NCBI RefSeq assembly: GCF_006345805.1
Contig: NW_021834175.1
Location: 1-51,199, forward strand
Reading direction: 5' to 3'
Origin: Octopus sinensis
Lineage: Eukaryota
DNA: 51,199 nt
A program made the translations under genes and the position numbers. Below the pieces are notes generated by a model. The model had not been told where the DNA came from. It made no database searches and saw only the letters and a list, made by a program, of their open reading frames with translations. Below, piece after piece: positions 1 to 12,310 of the stretch (the stretch's first letter is position 1; every line of letters starts with the position of its first letter).

Positions 1-87
1 AGAACGAGAGAGTGGGGAACGAGTGAGAAAGAGACTGTTAACTTTTCAGTGGACATATCTACACACATATATAGCCATATTATATAT

Positions 88-428
88 ATGGCGCATGGCT
101 CAGTGGTTAGAGCGTCGAGCTTACGATCGTGAGGTTGTGAGCTCGAATCCCGGACCGGGCTGGGTGTTGTGTTCTTGAGCAAGGCACTTTATTTCACGTT
201 GCTCCAGTTCACTCAGCTGTAGAAATGAGTTGCGACGTCACTGGTGCCAAACTGTATCGACCTTTGTCTTTCCCTTGGATAACACTGGTGGCGTGGAGAG
301 AGGAGGCTGGTATTCATGGGCGACTGCTGGTCTTCCATAAACAACCTTGCCCGGACTTGTGTCTAGGAGGGTAACTTTCTAGGTGCAATCCCATGGTCAT
401 TCATGACCGAAGGGGGTCTTTACCCCTT
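88..428 (+). mobile_element. tRNA-derived SINE (family C, single copy)
   Basis: tRNA-like head with A box (tggctcagtggttagagc) and B box (gagctcgaatccc). It is followed by a central block (gtgttcttgagcaaggcactt...ctcagctgtagaaatgagt) resembling conserved SINE central domains and a 3' hairpin ggtca-ttca-tgacc. Confidence 0.8.
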
Positions 429-487
429 TACAATAGTAAGCACAATAAAGTCTGCTTCAGTAAGCGCTACTCCTTGTCCTATCACTG

Positions 488-866
488 TCCTCCTCCTCCT
501 CCTCCATCTCCTCCTCCTCCCTCTTCTCCTCCTTCCTCCTCCTCCCTCCTCCTCCTCCTCCTCTCTCTTCTCCTCCCTCTCCTCCTCCTCCTCCTCCTCC
601 TCCTCTCTCTTCTCCTCCCTCTCCTCCTCCTCCTCCTCCTCCCTCTCCTCTTTCCTCTCCTCCTTCCTCTCCTCCTTCCCCCTCCCTCTCCTCTTTCCTC
701 CCCCTCCTCCTCCGTCTCCGCCACCTCCGTCTCCACCTCCTCCTCTCTCATTGTCCCTCGCCTCCTCCTTCCCGTCCTCCTCCTCCTCCCTTTCCCCTCC
801 CTTCTCCCTCATTATTCCCCCTCTCCCTTACTACCCTCCCCTTCCTTCTCCTCCTACTACTACTAA
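488..866. repeat. (CCT)n/(CT)-rich polypyrimidine microsatellite
   Basis: Nearly pure C/T tract built from cct/ctc repeats; it explains the poly-P/S/L/E ORFs at 393-885. Confidence 0.95.
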
Positions 867-1515
867 CTTTTGTTTTTGGTCTTAAAAGCTATATTGTGAT
901 TTTCAGTGAGATAAACTAAGACGTGTAAAGTATCTTCAGTCTTACAGACTATCCATATATAATCCTATCATCCTTATTGTAATATCACTATTCGCAATGA
1001 AATATCATTAGATACGATTTAATATCACTATATACAATATAATACCCTTCCTTACAGTATGATAATACTATCTACAATGTTGTTGCATTATCTACAATGT
1101 AATATCACTCACTATCTGCAACGTAATACTTTCATTTCTTGACGCAACAGCTCTGCATACACTGTGATATCACCATATACAATATAATATCAATATCTAC
1201 AATGCAATATCACTATCTAAAATTCAATATCATTCTTTATAATGTATTATTACTATATATATATATATATATGTAATGTAATATTTGCACTACGTTATGA
1301 AATGTAATATCATTATCGACAATGTGATATCATTTGTAGTACAATATCAGCGCCTATTTTCTAATATAACTTTCCACATAGTAATATAATAAGAGTAAGA
1401 AATGTTATAATACTCTGTAAAATCTACAACGAAATAGTACTGTATAGAATGCAATACTACTGTTTACAATGTAATATCATAATCTACAAATTAATATCAA
1501 TATAAAGTATAACGT

Positions 1516-2125
1516 AAGGCGGCAAGCTGGCAGAAACTTTAGCACGCCGGGCTTAATGCTTCGCGGTATTTTGTCTGCCGTTACGTTCTGAGCTCAAATT
1601 CCGTCGAGGTCGACTTTGCCTTTTATCCTTTCGGGGTCGATTAAATAAGTACCAGTTACGCACTGGGGTCGATATAATCGACTTAATCCGTTTGTCTGTC
1701 CTAGTTTGTCCTCTCTGTGTTTAGCCCCTTGTGGGTAGTAGAGAAATAGGTGTTTCGTCTGCCATTATGTTCTGAGTTCAAATTCCGCCGAGGTCGACTT
1801 CGCCTTTCATCCTTTCGGAGTCGATAAAATAAGTACCAGTTGAGCATTGCGGTCGATGTAATATGCTGGACCAAAATTTGAAACCTATGTTTAGTATAAA
1901 GAAGGTGGCGAGCTAGTTGAATCGTTGTTAGCATGTCAGGCAAAATTGTCGCCGGCATTAACGTCCGTCTTTACATTCTGAGTTCAAATTCTGCTGAGGT
2001 CAGCTTTGCCTTTCATCTTTTTAGGGGCCAGTATAATAAGTACCACTAGAGCACTGGAGTCGATGTAATCGACACACCCCATCCCTTGAATTGCTGGCCT
2101 GGTGCCAAAATTTGAAATCAATATT
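1516..2125 (+). mobile_element. SINE family A cluster (head + body + partial second body, then a further copy)
   Basis: Head aaggcggc(g)agctggcagaa..ttagc, B box gagttcaaattcc, central block gtcgactttgcctttcatcctttcggggtcgat..aagtaccag (resembles the Deu/Nin SINE domain, from memory). The second unit starts at ~1749. Confidence 0.85.
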
Positions 2126-2177
2126 TAATATAAAAGTATCGCTCGCTACAAGGCGATATCACTAAATTTACAACCAC

Positions 2178-2374
2178 TCTTTTACTTGTTTCAGTCATTT
2201 GACTGTGGCCTTGCTGGAGCACCGTCTTTAGTCAAGCAAATCGCCCCCAGGACTTATTCTTTGTAAGCCTAGTACTTATCCTATAGGTGTCTTTTGCCGA
2301 ACCGCTATGTTACGGGGATGTAAACACACCAGCATCGGTTGTCAAGTGATGTTGGGGGGGGGGGACAAACACAG

Positions 2375-2406
<32 letters not shown>

Positions 2407-2574
2407 GCATATACATATATACGACGGGCTTCTTTCAGTTTCCGTCTATCAAATCCACTCACAAGGCTTTGGTCGGCCCGAGACTATAGTAGAAGACACT
2501 TGCCCAAGGTGCCACGCAGTGGGATTGAACCCGGAACCAAGTGGTTGATAAGCAAGCTACCTAACACACAGCCA
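2178..2574 (-). mobile_element. SINE family B (CORE-like, internal microsatellite)
   Basis: Reverse complement of gtggctgtgtggtaagtagcttgct...gggttcagtcccactgcgtggcaccttgggcaagtgtcttc...(TA/TG)n...ggcggtgctccagcatggcc..cagtcaaatgactgaaacaagtaaaaga. Confidence 0.9.
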
Positions 2575-3375
2575 CATACAATGCAACATTATCATCTACA
2601 GTTTGATATCAATATGTAGTATGTAATATCCCTTTTACAATGTAACATCACTATACACAATATCGCTTTTTACAATGTAAAATCAGTCTACAAAAGTAAT
2701 ATCACTTTATATAATACCACACTCTACAATATAATGTCGGTTTAAAATTTTGGTAGAAGGCCAGTAATTTAATGGGAGGGAATAAGTGATTACAAAGATC
2801 ACAGTGTTCAAATTTTACTTATTTTATCGACACCAAAAGGATAAACAGCGAAGTCAATCTCGGTGGAATTTGATCTCAGAACGTAAAGCGACGGACGAAA
2901 TGACGTAAAGCACTTTGTCCGTCATGCGAACGATTCTGCCAGCTCGTCGCCTTATTTGCAATCTATATGAAAGTCTATGTTGTAATATCTTTTTCTACAA
3001 TTTCCGCCGAGGTCGACTTTGCCTTTCATCCCTTCAGGGTCGATAAATTAAATACCAGTTTTGCAAGCTGGCGGAATCGTTAGCACACCGGGAAAATTGC
3101 TTAGCCGCATTAGGTCTGTCATTACGTACTGAGTTCAAATTCCGCCGCGGCCGACCTTGCCTTTCATTCTTTCGCGTTCCATATCATACCAGTTGAGCAC
3201 TGAAGGGGGAGGGGGCGATTTAATTGACTTACCCCTTACTCCGAAATTGATAGCCTCGTGTAAAAATTTGAAACCAATATCTTTCTCTACACTGTAATAT
3301 CACTCTTTACAATATGTTGGCATGGTATACAATGCAGCGTCACTATCTACAAAGTGGTATTACTAATTAAAATAT

Positions 3376-3539
3376 AGGCACAGGAATGGCTGGGTGGTAA
3401 GTAGCTTGCTTCCCAACCACATGGTTCCGGGTTCAGTCCCACTGCGTGGCATCTTGGGTAAGTGTTTTCTACTATAGCCTCGGGCCGACCAAAGCCTTGT
3501 GAGTGGATTTGGTTGACGGAAACTGAAAGAAGCCCGTCG

Positions 3540-3623
<84 letters not shown>

Positions 3624-3843
3624 GTATGTGTGTGTATATGTTTGTGTGTCTGTGTTTGTACCCCCCAACATCGCTTCACAACCGATGGTGTTGTGTTTAC
3701 GTCCCCGTAACTTAGCGGTTCGGCAAAAGAGACCGATAGAATAAGTACTAGGCTTCCAAAGAATAAGTTCTGGAGTCGATTTGCTCGACTAAAGGCGGTG
3801 CTCCAGCATGGCCACAGCCAAATGACTGAAACAAGTAAAAGAG
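3376..3843 (+). mobile_element. SINE family B, full length with expanded internal (TA)n
   Basis: Complete head, CORE-like block, ~85-bp (TA)n at 3541-3625 and the family 3' tail. Confidence 0.9.
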
Positions 3844-4771
3844 TGATATCACTGTCTTTAATACCATCATTTTCAATATACCACCACTGTCTGTAATATT
3901 TTCTAAGATGTTATTACATTTTTCAATGTATTATATCTCAGTTCGATGCAACATCCCTCTGCACAATGTTACTATTTAATATTAAACCACTACGATGCAA
4001 TATGTATACCCTCAATATAGTATCACTATCTACAATTCAGTATCACTACATGTAATATAGTATCCCTTTGTACAAGGCAATTCCACTATCCAAAGTGCCA
4101 CTCTTTACCATACAAGTCTCTTCAGTATTATATGTACTCTATAGCCTCAAATTAAAATGTCCGCAATGGTATATACCAGTTACTATTATTCAAATCGCTG
4201 TGTGTACACAAATGTCGCTCTCTCTTCAATACAAAACTTTTGTCTGTAATGATATAGCCCTGTATGTAGTGACGTATCATTGTTTAGTAATGATACATTT
4301 GAAATAGTATTGTCTACAAAAAAAAAAAAGAAGATAATAATAAATATAAATAAAAATCTCTATTTACAATGAAATGTCACCACCTACAATAAAATATCGT
4401 TCACTCTGGAATGAGATATTGTCTGTAAGGAAATATCACTGCTGCTAGTAATGTAATATTGTTAGCAACAATATAATATATTTAGATATCTCTCTACTCA
4501 TTTATATAACTTTTTCAGAGTTCTAGTACTTATCTCTCTGTCTTACTGTGTCAAAACACCAACCAATATATAATGTGAGTCATGTCTGTAAAATTGGATC
4601 AAAGGTTTTCAAACAGTTCTTTCAAAAACCAAGGCTTCTGTATTGCTAAGTGAATGAAAAGTGTTTCTCAAGGATTTATATTTATTGCTGACAGTATAGC
4701 TGGTCGAACAGAATACGCAGAAATAGACACTTACTAATTACGGATACAAGCGTCTCAAACATAAGGGAGAA

Positions 4772-5046
4772 ATTCTGTTGTGTCTGAGGAGAGTCATTTT
4801 CTTTTTCTGCCTTATAATGTAACACACTCAGCGGTAAAATTTCCACTTATTTCTTATTTTTATTTTCCTAAAATTTTCGTTGTGTCTTGCAACATTTTCA
4901 ATGGACTTTTTTCTATTGAAAAGGTTGCAAGACGCAACGAAAATTTTTAGGAAAATAAAAATAAGAAATAAGTGGAAATTTTACCGCTGAGTGTGTTACA
5001 TTATAAGGCACAAAAAGAAAATGACTCTCCCCAGACACAACAGAAT
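4772..5046. repeat. Palindromic/MITE-like foldback, ~131-bp arms
   Basis: 4772-4902 is the near-perfect reverse complement of 4915-5046, with a 12-bp loop. Confidence 0.85.
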
Positions 5047-5378
5047 ATGCTTCAACACATGAACTCATATAAAGAATCTTGCAAACCAAATCCAAAAACG
5101 AAATAAGGGAGAAAAATTTTAGCTTATTTTATCGGTACTGGACAAATTAAAATCAAGGTCGGTTCTGGTGGGACTTGAACGCAACGTAGAGGTAGGGAGC
5201 TATATATTGGTATTAAGGCATGCAGACCGTTCAATTGATCTGTTATACTTCTATGCTCTTCTATAAAAACAGTAAATGATACATATACACACATATGCAC
5301 ACATGCAACTGCATACACACGTACACACACGCACACACACACACACACATAAAAACTAACATTTCACGTTATCATATA

Positions 5379-5992
5379 TATTTCTTTATTGCCCACAAGG
5401 GGCTAAACATAAAGGGGACAAACAAGGACAGACAAAGGGATTAAGTCGATTACATCGACCCCAGTGCGTGACTGGTACTTTATTTATCGACCCCGAAAGG
5501 ATGAAAAGCAAAGTCGACCTCGGCGGAATTTGAACTCAGAACATAACGGCAGACGAAATACCTATTTCTATTTCTTTACTACCCACAAGGGGATAAACAC
5601 AGAGAGGAGAAACAAGGACAGACAAACGGATTAAGTCGATTACATCGACCCCAGTGCGTAACTGGTACTTAATTTATCGACCCCGAAAGGATGAAAGGCA
5701 AAGTCGACCTCGGCGGAATTTGAACTCAGAACATAACGGCAGACGAAATACCTATTTCTATTTCTTTACTACCCACAAGGGGATAAACACAGAGAGGAGA
5801 AACAAGGACAGACAAACGGATTAAGTCGATTACATCGACCCCAGTGCGTAACTGGTACTTAATTTATCGACCCCGAAAGGATGAAAGGCAAAGTCGACCT
5901 CGGCGGAATTTGAACACAGAACATAACGGCAGACGAAATACGGCTACGCATTTCGCCCGGCGTGCTAACGATTCTGCCAGCTCGCCGCCTTA
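5379..5992 (-). mobile_element. SINE family A trimer (one head, three tandem bodies)
   Basis: Three ~190-bp units with junctions at ~5562 and ~5752 and a single tRNA-like head at 5940-5992. Confidence 0.9.
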
Positions 5993-6589
5993 ATACTATT
6001 ATAATATCATATACAATTGTTTATAATTTAGGCAAGAGCCCTGCAATATTGGAGGAGACGGTTGGTTGATTGTATCAATCCCAGTTGTTAATTTGTATTT
6101 TATTTTAATAACCTCGGACGGATGAAAAGCAAAGTCTATTTCAGCAGGATTTGAAGTCAGAATGTAAAGAGCTATAAGAAATTGATTCAAAGTCTATAAA
6201 TTAATCCTTTTAAAAATCAAGGCTTCTGCATTAATTAAGTAAAAAGTGTTTCTCAAAGATCTATATTTATTGCTGATTTTATAACTGGTCGAACAGAAAC
6301 ACGTAAAAATAAAACACCACCTATTCACAGATACAAGCGCTGTAACATACTGGGTCAAACTATCGGTGAAATATGTCTGAGATGCACAGTTGAATCCAGG
6401 ATGCAGCTGTTTCCCTTTGATAATGCTCTTGGAAACATATGAGAGCCCCAGGTGCAACACACTAACACGGCTCCTTGTGCATCCGATTGGCCAAATGCTC
6501 ACGCATCAATTTCAGCCAGATGTAGTTAATATGTACTTGGCTGATATAGAATAAAGAATACTATCCACCAATACGGTGTTGCTCTTGTA

Positions 6590-7070
6590 ACGCTTTTTCG
6601 GTGCCCCCTGTTGCGGTGGACAGTGGTGAGCTCACCGTACATGCTGATCTTGGGTAGGCGGTGGTCTTCCATCTAGTCAACGTGTCCTACCCAACGTAGT
6701 CATGTCTCAAAGTAAAATGGTTTCCAGGCTGGTGACCTTTGCTCGCTTGAGGACCTCAGAGTTGGTGATGTATTCGCTCCAGTAGATGTCGAAGATGGTA
6801 CGAAGGCAGCGTTGGTGAAAACGTTCAAGGAGCCCGACATGACAGTGGTAAGGGACCCAGGACTAAGAGCCATATAGGAGCGTCGTGAGGACGACGGCTC
6901 TGTAAGCTCTGACATTTTTGCTGATCTTAAGATGCTTATTATTTCGCACACGCTTGTGCAGTCTGCCAAATGCTTTGATTGCCTTTGCAAGTCTGTTGTC
7001 AGTTTCTTTGTTGATGCTTGCATCTGATGATATGGTACATCCAAGATAAGTGAACCGCTGTATCGACTTC
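6590..7070 (-). pseudogene. RTE-clade LINE fragment (post-RT C-terminal region), decayed
   Basis: Translation FTYLGCTISSDASINKETDNRLAKA..AFGRLHKRV...YRAVVLTTLLYGS...LLERFHQRCLR matches the RTE/BovB-type ORF. In-frame stops are present. Confidence 0.85.
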
Positions 7071-7261
7071 ATACATACATACATACATACAGACATACAT
7101 ACATACATACATACATACATACATACATACATACATACATACATACATACATACATACATACATAATACTTACATACATACATGCATATACATCTCTAAA
7201 ATATAAATATATATATATATATTGCTTGGGCATTGCGAAACTAATAACTTGAAGTAAAACT

Positions 7262-7296
<35 letters not shown>

Positions 7297-7404
7297 TCAG
7301 ATCGAAGTGTTTGACGAGTATAGTGCGGTATTAAGGAAAAGAGATGGATGACAGAGGAAGAAATGATTATATTTAAGAGAATAATTTCTTCCTTTGTCAT
7401 CTCT

Positions 7405-7445
<41 letters not shown>

Positions 7446-8110
7446 GGGAACAAATAGTCCGAAACCATACGGTCTGGTGGTCTCCTGTCGTCTGCTCGGA
7501 GATGCTAAGGGTTCGCTCCCCTGCTTGTAATATATATATCGAGTGCAGATTGCATTGATAACCAACTGGCGGAGAGGCTCCTCTTGGGTTTAAAAACGAC
7601 AGTAACACCGATTCCTATGCGACGATAAACATTACTTCTCTGTATAGTTATATCTTTATGAGAGATGAAAGTAGTAACTAGCTACTTTACTAGTTATATA
7701 ACAAACAAACAAAAATCCAACAAAAAAACGAAAAGGAAGTGGAAATTGTTTGGCATTATTCAGTCTCCATTCCACGTGTTTCCTTTGCTGATAAGAGTTA
7801 TAAAGGTTTACATATTAGGTAGTCATGTAAGAAACATCCTATTATAAATTCACCAGATAGAAAAAAATTATAATACAAACATATCATTTGGTTGAAGCGT
7901 TTATATTTAGATGTGCTACGGAGAATAAATAATACCAAAACAATTTCCACTTTCTCGTTTTGCTATATAATAACTCGGCGAATAATATTTACATAATTCT
8001 CCATTCTAATATGTATTTTGTCTAATATACGGCAGAAATTGTGGCTACACATTGAATTGTAATAATGGAATAAGCAGATGTGCTTCAAGAGGGAACAGCT
8101 GGGATTTACC

Positions 8111-8186
<76 letters not shown>

Positions 8187-8187
8187 A

Positions 8188-8255
<68 letters not shown>

Positions 8256-8268
8256 GTTTGTGCGTGCG

Positions 8269-8323
<55 letters not shown>

Positions 8324-8428
8324 TATATATTTATTTATATATGAGGATAATATCGATATTTAAGTGTCGAAATTATCAAGTGGCCAGCATGAAAGAAATA
8401 CCTTACAAAGGTAAAAAAATTTTTTAAC

Positions 8429-9074
8429 AATTAAAAATGAGGGTGTCTAAAAGACACCAACATGCCGAAATAGCAGTCGAAACACTGACTATAGTACCAC
8501 GTTAAATGTTCATATCGCACCATGAGGTAAAGCGGAGGGACAAAACATACAAGCAAAAATTACTGAATAATTCAAGATCCAAGGATTTCTGTTTCTGCTT
8601 TAGATAAGCTTTACCGTCATCAATTGAATATATCAAGGGTACATCAATACAGATATATATATGCACAGCAAACGATATACTTACACATACGAGCGTCGTA
8701 CATACATACATATGCACGTATGGACACAGCCAGTTTGAATCGCCCGCCAAATCACCGCATAAGTACGATATGGTTAAAATAAGCACCGCAGTGAATATAA
8801 TAACGAATTATATATAATTCGTATGTGTAAGTATATCGTTTGCTGTGCATATATATATCTGTATTTATGTACCCTTGATATATTCAATTGATGACGGTAA
8901 AGCTTATCTAAAGCAGAACCAGAAATCCATGGATCTTGAATTATTCAATAATTTTTGCTTGTATGTTTTGTCCCTCCGCTTTACCTCATGGTGCGATATG
9001 AACATTTAACGTGGTACTATAGTCAGTATTTCGACTGCTATTTCGGCATGTTGGTGTCTTTTAGACACCCTCAT

Positions 9075-9082
<8 letters not shown>
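8429..9082. repeat. Long inverted repeat, 264-bp arms with 126-bp spacer
   Basis: 8429-8692 equals the reverse complement of 8819-9082, with about 5 mismatches found by eye. Confidence 0.95.
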
Positions 9083-9125
<43 letters not shown>

Positions 9126-9211
9126 TAATTTAGCAAAAAACCTCTATTAAACAATTCAATAATGAATTGCTAAATTGAATTTTTCCCTGTAAGTTTTGGA
9201 ATTATATTACC

Positions 9212-9264
<53 letters not shown>

Positions 9265-9269
<5 letters not shown>

Positions 9270-9355
9270 TAGTTATATTTTTATAGCATGCTTTCACTTC
9301 ACTACCGAGCGCATCTCTGTGTGCCTTGGGTATGTGCTGTGATTTGATGTGATGC

Positions 9356-9360
<5 letters not shown>
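9265..9360 (-). mobile_element. 3'UTR-only fragment of R4/Dong-type LINE inside an (AAT)n array
   Basis: Same sequence as the 3'UTR at ~50484-50570 (ttcagtagtt..ctttcacttcactac..ctgtgtgccttgggtatgtgctgtgat), flanked by (att)n on both sides. Confidence 0.75.
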
Positions 9361-9393
<33 letters not shown>

Positions 9394-9627
9394 TATTATT
9401 ATTATATATACACCGTATGTACCTGTGTATAAGTCTCGCGTTTTTGTTCTTAATTATAAGAAAAAATTGCCGTGCTACTGTATTACGGATGGAATACCGA
9501 GTTCAGAAGTGTATAGTGAAACCTTAAATTTATAATTTTTCCACAAAATATACTTTTCCCTACAACCAGTTGGGGTTTTCCCTACCAATAATGCTTCTTA
9601 TAAACCAGATTATACATACATGCATAC

Positions 9628-9660
<33 letters not shown>

Positions 9661-10281
9661 CATACTGGGTCTGCAATTTCGGGACGGAAATAAGTGGATT
9701 ACATGGACCCCAGTGCTTAAATGGTACTTATTTTATCGACCATGAAAGGATAAAATGCAAAGTCAACCACGGCGGAATTTAAACTCAGAACGTAAAGACG
9801 GACGAAATGCCGTTAAGGATTTTGCCCGGGGTGATAATGGTTCTGCCAGCTCGCAGCCTTAGCCCTTTTGATACTAACCCACCTTTAACAGCCTCCGGCT
9901 CTGTAGTAAAAGTGTCATGTTTTCAACATTTCTGAATTAATATCTTTCGTCAAACCTTAGTCACTGTCTATGTTCCTGACACTAGCTTAATGATAACTAA
10001 ATTATTTTACTAAATTCTTTTTTAATTTAAAATTAATTGAAAGAATCATTGAGTATTTTAAGAAAAATATGGTAACAAAAGGGTTAATATATATAAACTA
10101 ATATTGCATATTACTTATTATATATATATACACACACAAATAAATAATATTGCATATTACTAATATTGCATATATAAACACATATATACACGTCTATATA
10201 TATTGGTTTCAAATTTTGGCACAAGGCCAGAAATTTCGGGGACGGGTCTAAGTCGATTAGATCCACCCCAGTGCTCAACTG

Positions 10282-10711
10282 GTACTAAGGCGGCGAGCTG
10301 GCAGAAACGTTAGCACGCCGGGCGAAATGCTTAGCGGTATTTCGTCTGCGTTACGTTGTGAGTTCAAATTCCGCCGAGGTCGACTTTGCCTTTCATCCTT
10401 TCGGGGTCGATAAATTAAGTACCAGTTACGCACTGGGGTCGATGTAATCGACTTAATACCTATGTCTGTCCTTGTTTGTCTCCTCTGTGTTTAGCCCCTT
10501 GTGGGTAATAAAGAAATTGGTATTTCGTCTGCCGCTACGTTCTGAGTTCAAATTCCGCCGAGGTCGACTTTGCCTTTCATCCTTTCGGGGTCGATTAAAT
10601 AAGTACCAGTTACGCACTGGAGTCGGTATAATAGACTTAATCCGTTTGTCTGTCCTTGTTTGTCCTCTCTGTGTTTAGCTCCTTGTGGGTAGTAAAGAAA
10701 TAGGTACTAAG
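10282..10711 (+). mobile_element. SINE family A dimer nested in an oppositely oriented family A copy (host 10200-10830)
   Basis: Head plus two bodies (junction ~10520), bounded by the 9-bp direct repeat ggtactaag (10281-10289 and 10703-10711). The host SINE continues on both sides. Confidence 0.85.
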
Positions 10712-10832
10712 TTTATCGTTCCAGTAGGATGAAAGGCAAAGTCTACCTTAGCGGAATTTGAACTTGGAAGGTAAAGACGTAAATACGAACGAAATGACGC
10801 TAGGCATTTTTCCCGACGCATTAACGATTCTT

Positions 10833-12290
10833 ATTTCCTTATTGCCCACAAGGGGCTAAACATAGAGAGGACAAACAAGGACAAACAAAGGGATTAAGTT
10901 GATTACATCAATCCCAGTGCGTAACTGATACTTAATTTATCGACCCCGAAAGAATGAAAGGCAAAGTCGACCTTGGCGGAATTTGAACTCAGAATGTAAC
11001 GGCAGACGAAATTACCGCTAAGCAGTTCGCTAGGTGTGCTAACATTTCTGCCAGCTCGCCGCTCTACACAACTATATATAATGTGTAGTGGTCAAATGAA
11101 GCCAGAAAATGAATATGGGCGTCTGCATGGAATTACAGTGTTAGCTACTTCATTTTACCCACACACCCATAGGGTGGTTGAAACACTTAGCACTTTTCAC
11201 TCGATGTGTCCTTTTTAAACACCACGAAAAATTTTAAAAAAAGAAAAAAAACAAACGTTAAAAGCCAAATAAAAATATATAAAAGAACAACAGTAGATCT
11301 CTGTCATTAAAGAGAGACTGGAAAGAATTAACACAGTTTTTTTTTGGATGGATTGTAATATAAAAGAATCTAAAAGCCTAGTTTCTTTGTGACGTAACAA
11401 TACTAATGATTCTTTGTGTTAATAGAAGGTCACCAATTTGTAGGGAAGGATTTTAGCATATTGTATCGGTCCTATACAAATAAAAATGAGAATCGGTCCT
11501 GATTGGATTTGAACGCAGAACCTAAATATAGAGAGCTTTATTGTGAGAGTAAGGCATGAAGAATGTTATTCGAACGATTTCCTCTTATTCTTTTATATTC
11601 TTTTTTAAAAGGAATAATGTAATTTGCGCGTGCACATACTCACACACACACATAATTTTTTTCTTTACTACCCACAAGGGGCTAAACATAGAAGGGACAA
11701 ACAAGGACAGAAAAAGGGATTAAGTCGATTACATCGACCCCAGTGCGAAACTGGTACTTTATTTATCGACCCCGAAAGAATGAAATGCAAAGTCGACCTC
11801 GGCGGAATTTGAACTCAAAACGTAACGGCAGACGAAATACGGTTACGCATTTCACCCGGCGTGCTAACGTTTCTGCCAGCTCGCCGCATTGACACATACA
11901 CACACATATATGCCTAAACTAATATTGGTTTCAAATTTTGGTACAAGGCCAGCAATTTCGGGGTGGAGGTAAATCGATTGCATGGACAATAGTGCTTAAC
12001 TCGTGCTTATTTTATCGACCCCGAAAGGATAAAATGCAAAGTCGACCACGGCGGAATTTAAACTCAGAACACGAAGACGGACGAAATGCCGCTATTAGTT
12101 TCAAATTTTGGCCAGTAATTTCGTGGGAGGAGTTAAATCAATTACATCGACCTCAACTGGGACTTACTTTTTCAATCCGAAAGGATGAAAGACAAAGTTG
12201 ACCTAGGCGACATTTGAACTCAGTCGTTAAGTCGGAAGAAATGCCGCTTAGCATCTCTTCCGACTTAACGATTCTGCTAGCTCGCCACCT
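10833..12290 (-). mobile_element. Cluster of SINE family A copies
   Basis: Copies at ~10833-11062, 11660-11887 and 11925-12290 match the family A consensus on the minus strand. Confidence 0.8.
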
Positions 12291-12310
12291 TAATATATAT
12301 AAACTCTCTT

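Larger units (their letters stand above)
950..4500 (+). repeat. Degenerate ~20-bp satellite (tacaatgtaatatcactatc-like) fragmented by SINE insertions
   Basis: The motif recurs many times at 950-1510, 2575-2730, 3280-3370 and 3845-4500, between SINE copies. Confidence 0.65.

Noticed and set aside
393-885. ORFs of 89-160 aa rich in P/S/L/E/R
   Set aside because: They are translations of a (CCT)n polypyrimidine tract, open in several frames on both strands.
5379-5992. Regularly spaced repeats resembling a CRISPR or attC array
   Set aside because: The units are full-length tandem SINE bodies without unique spacers, and the context is eukaryotic.
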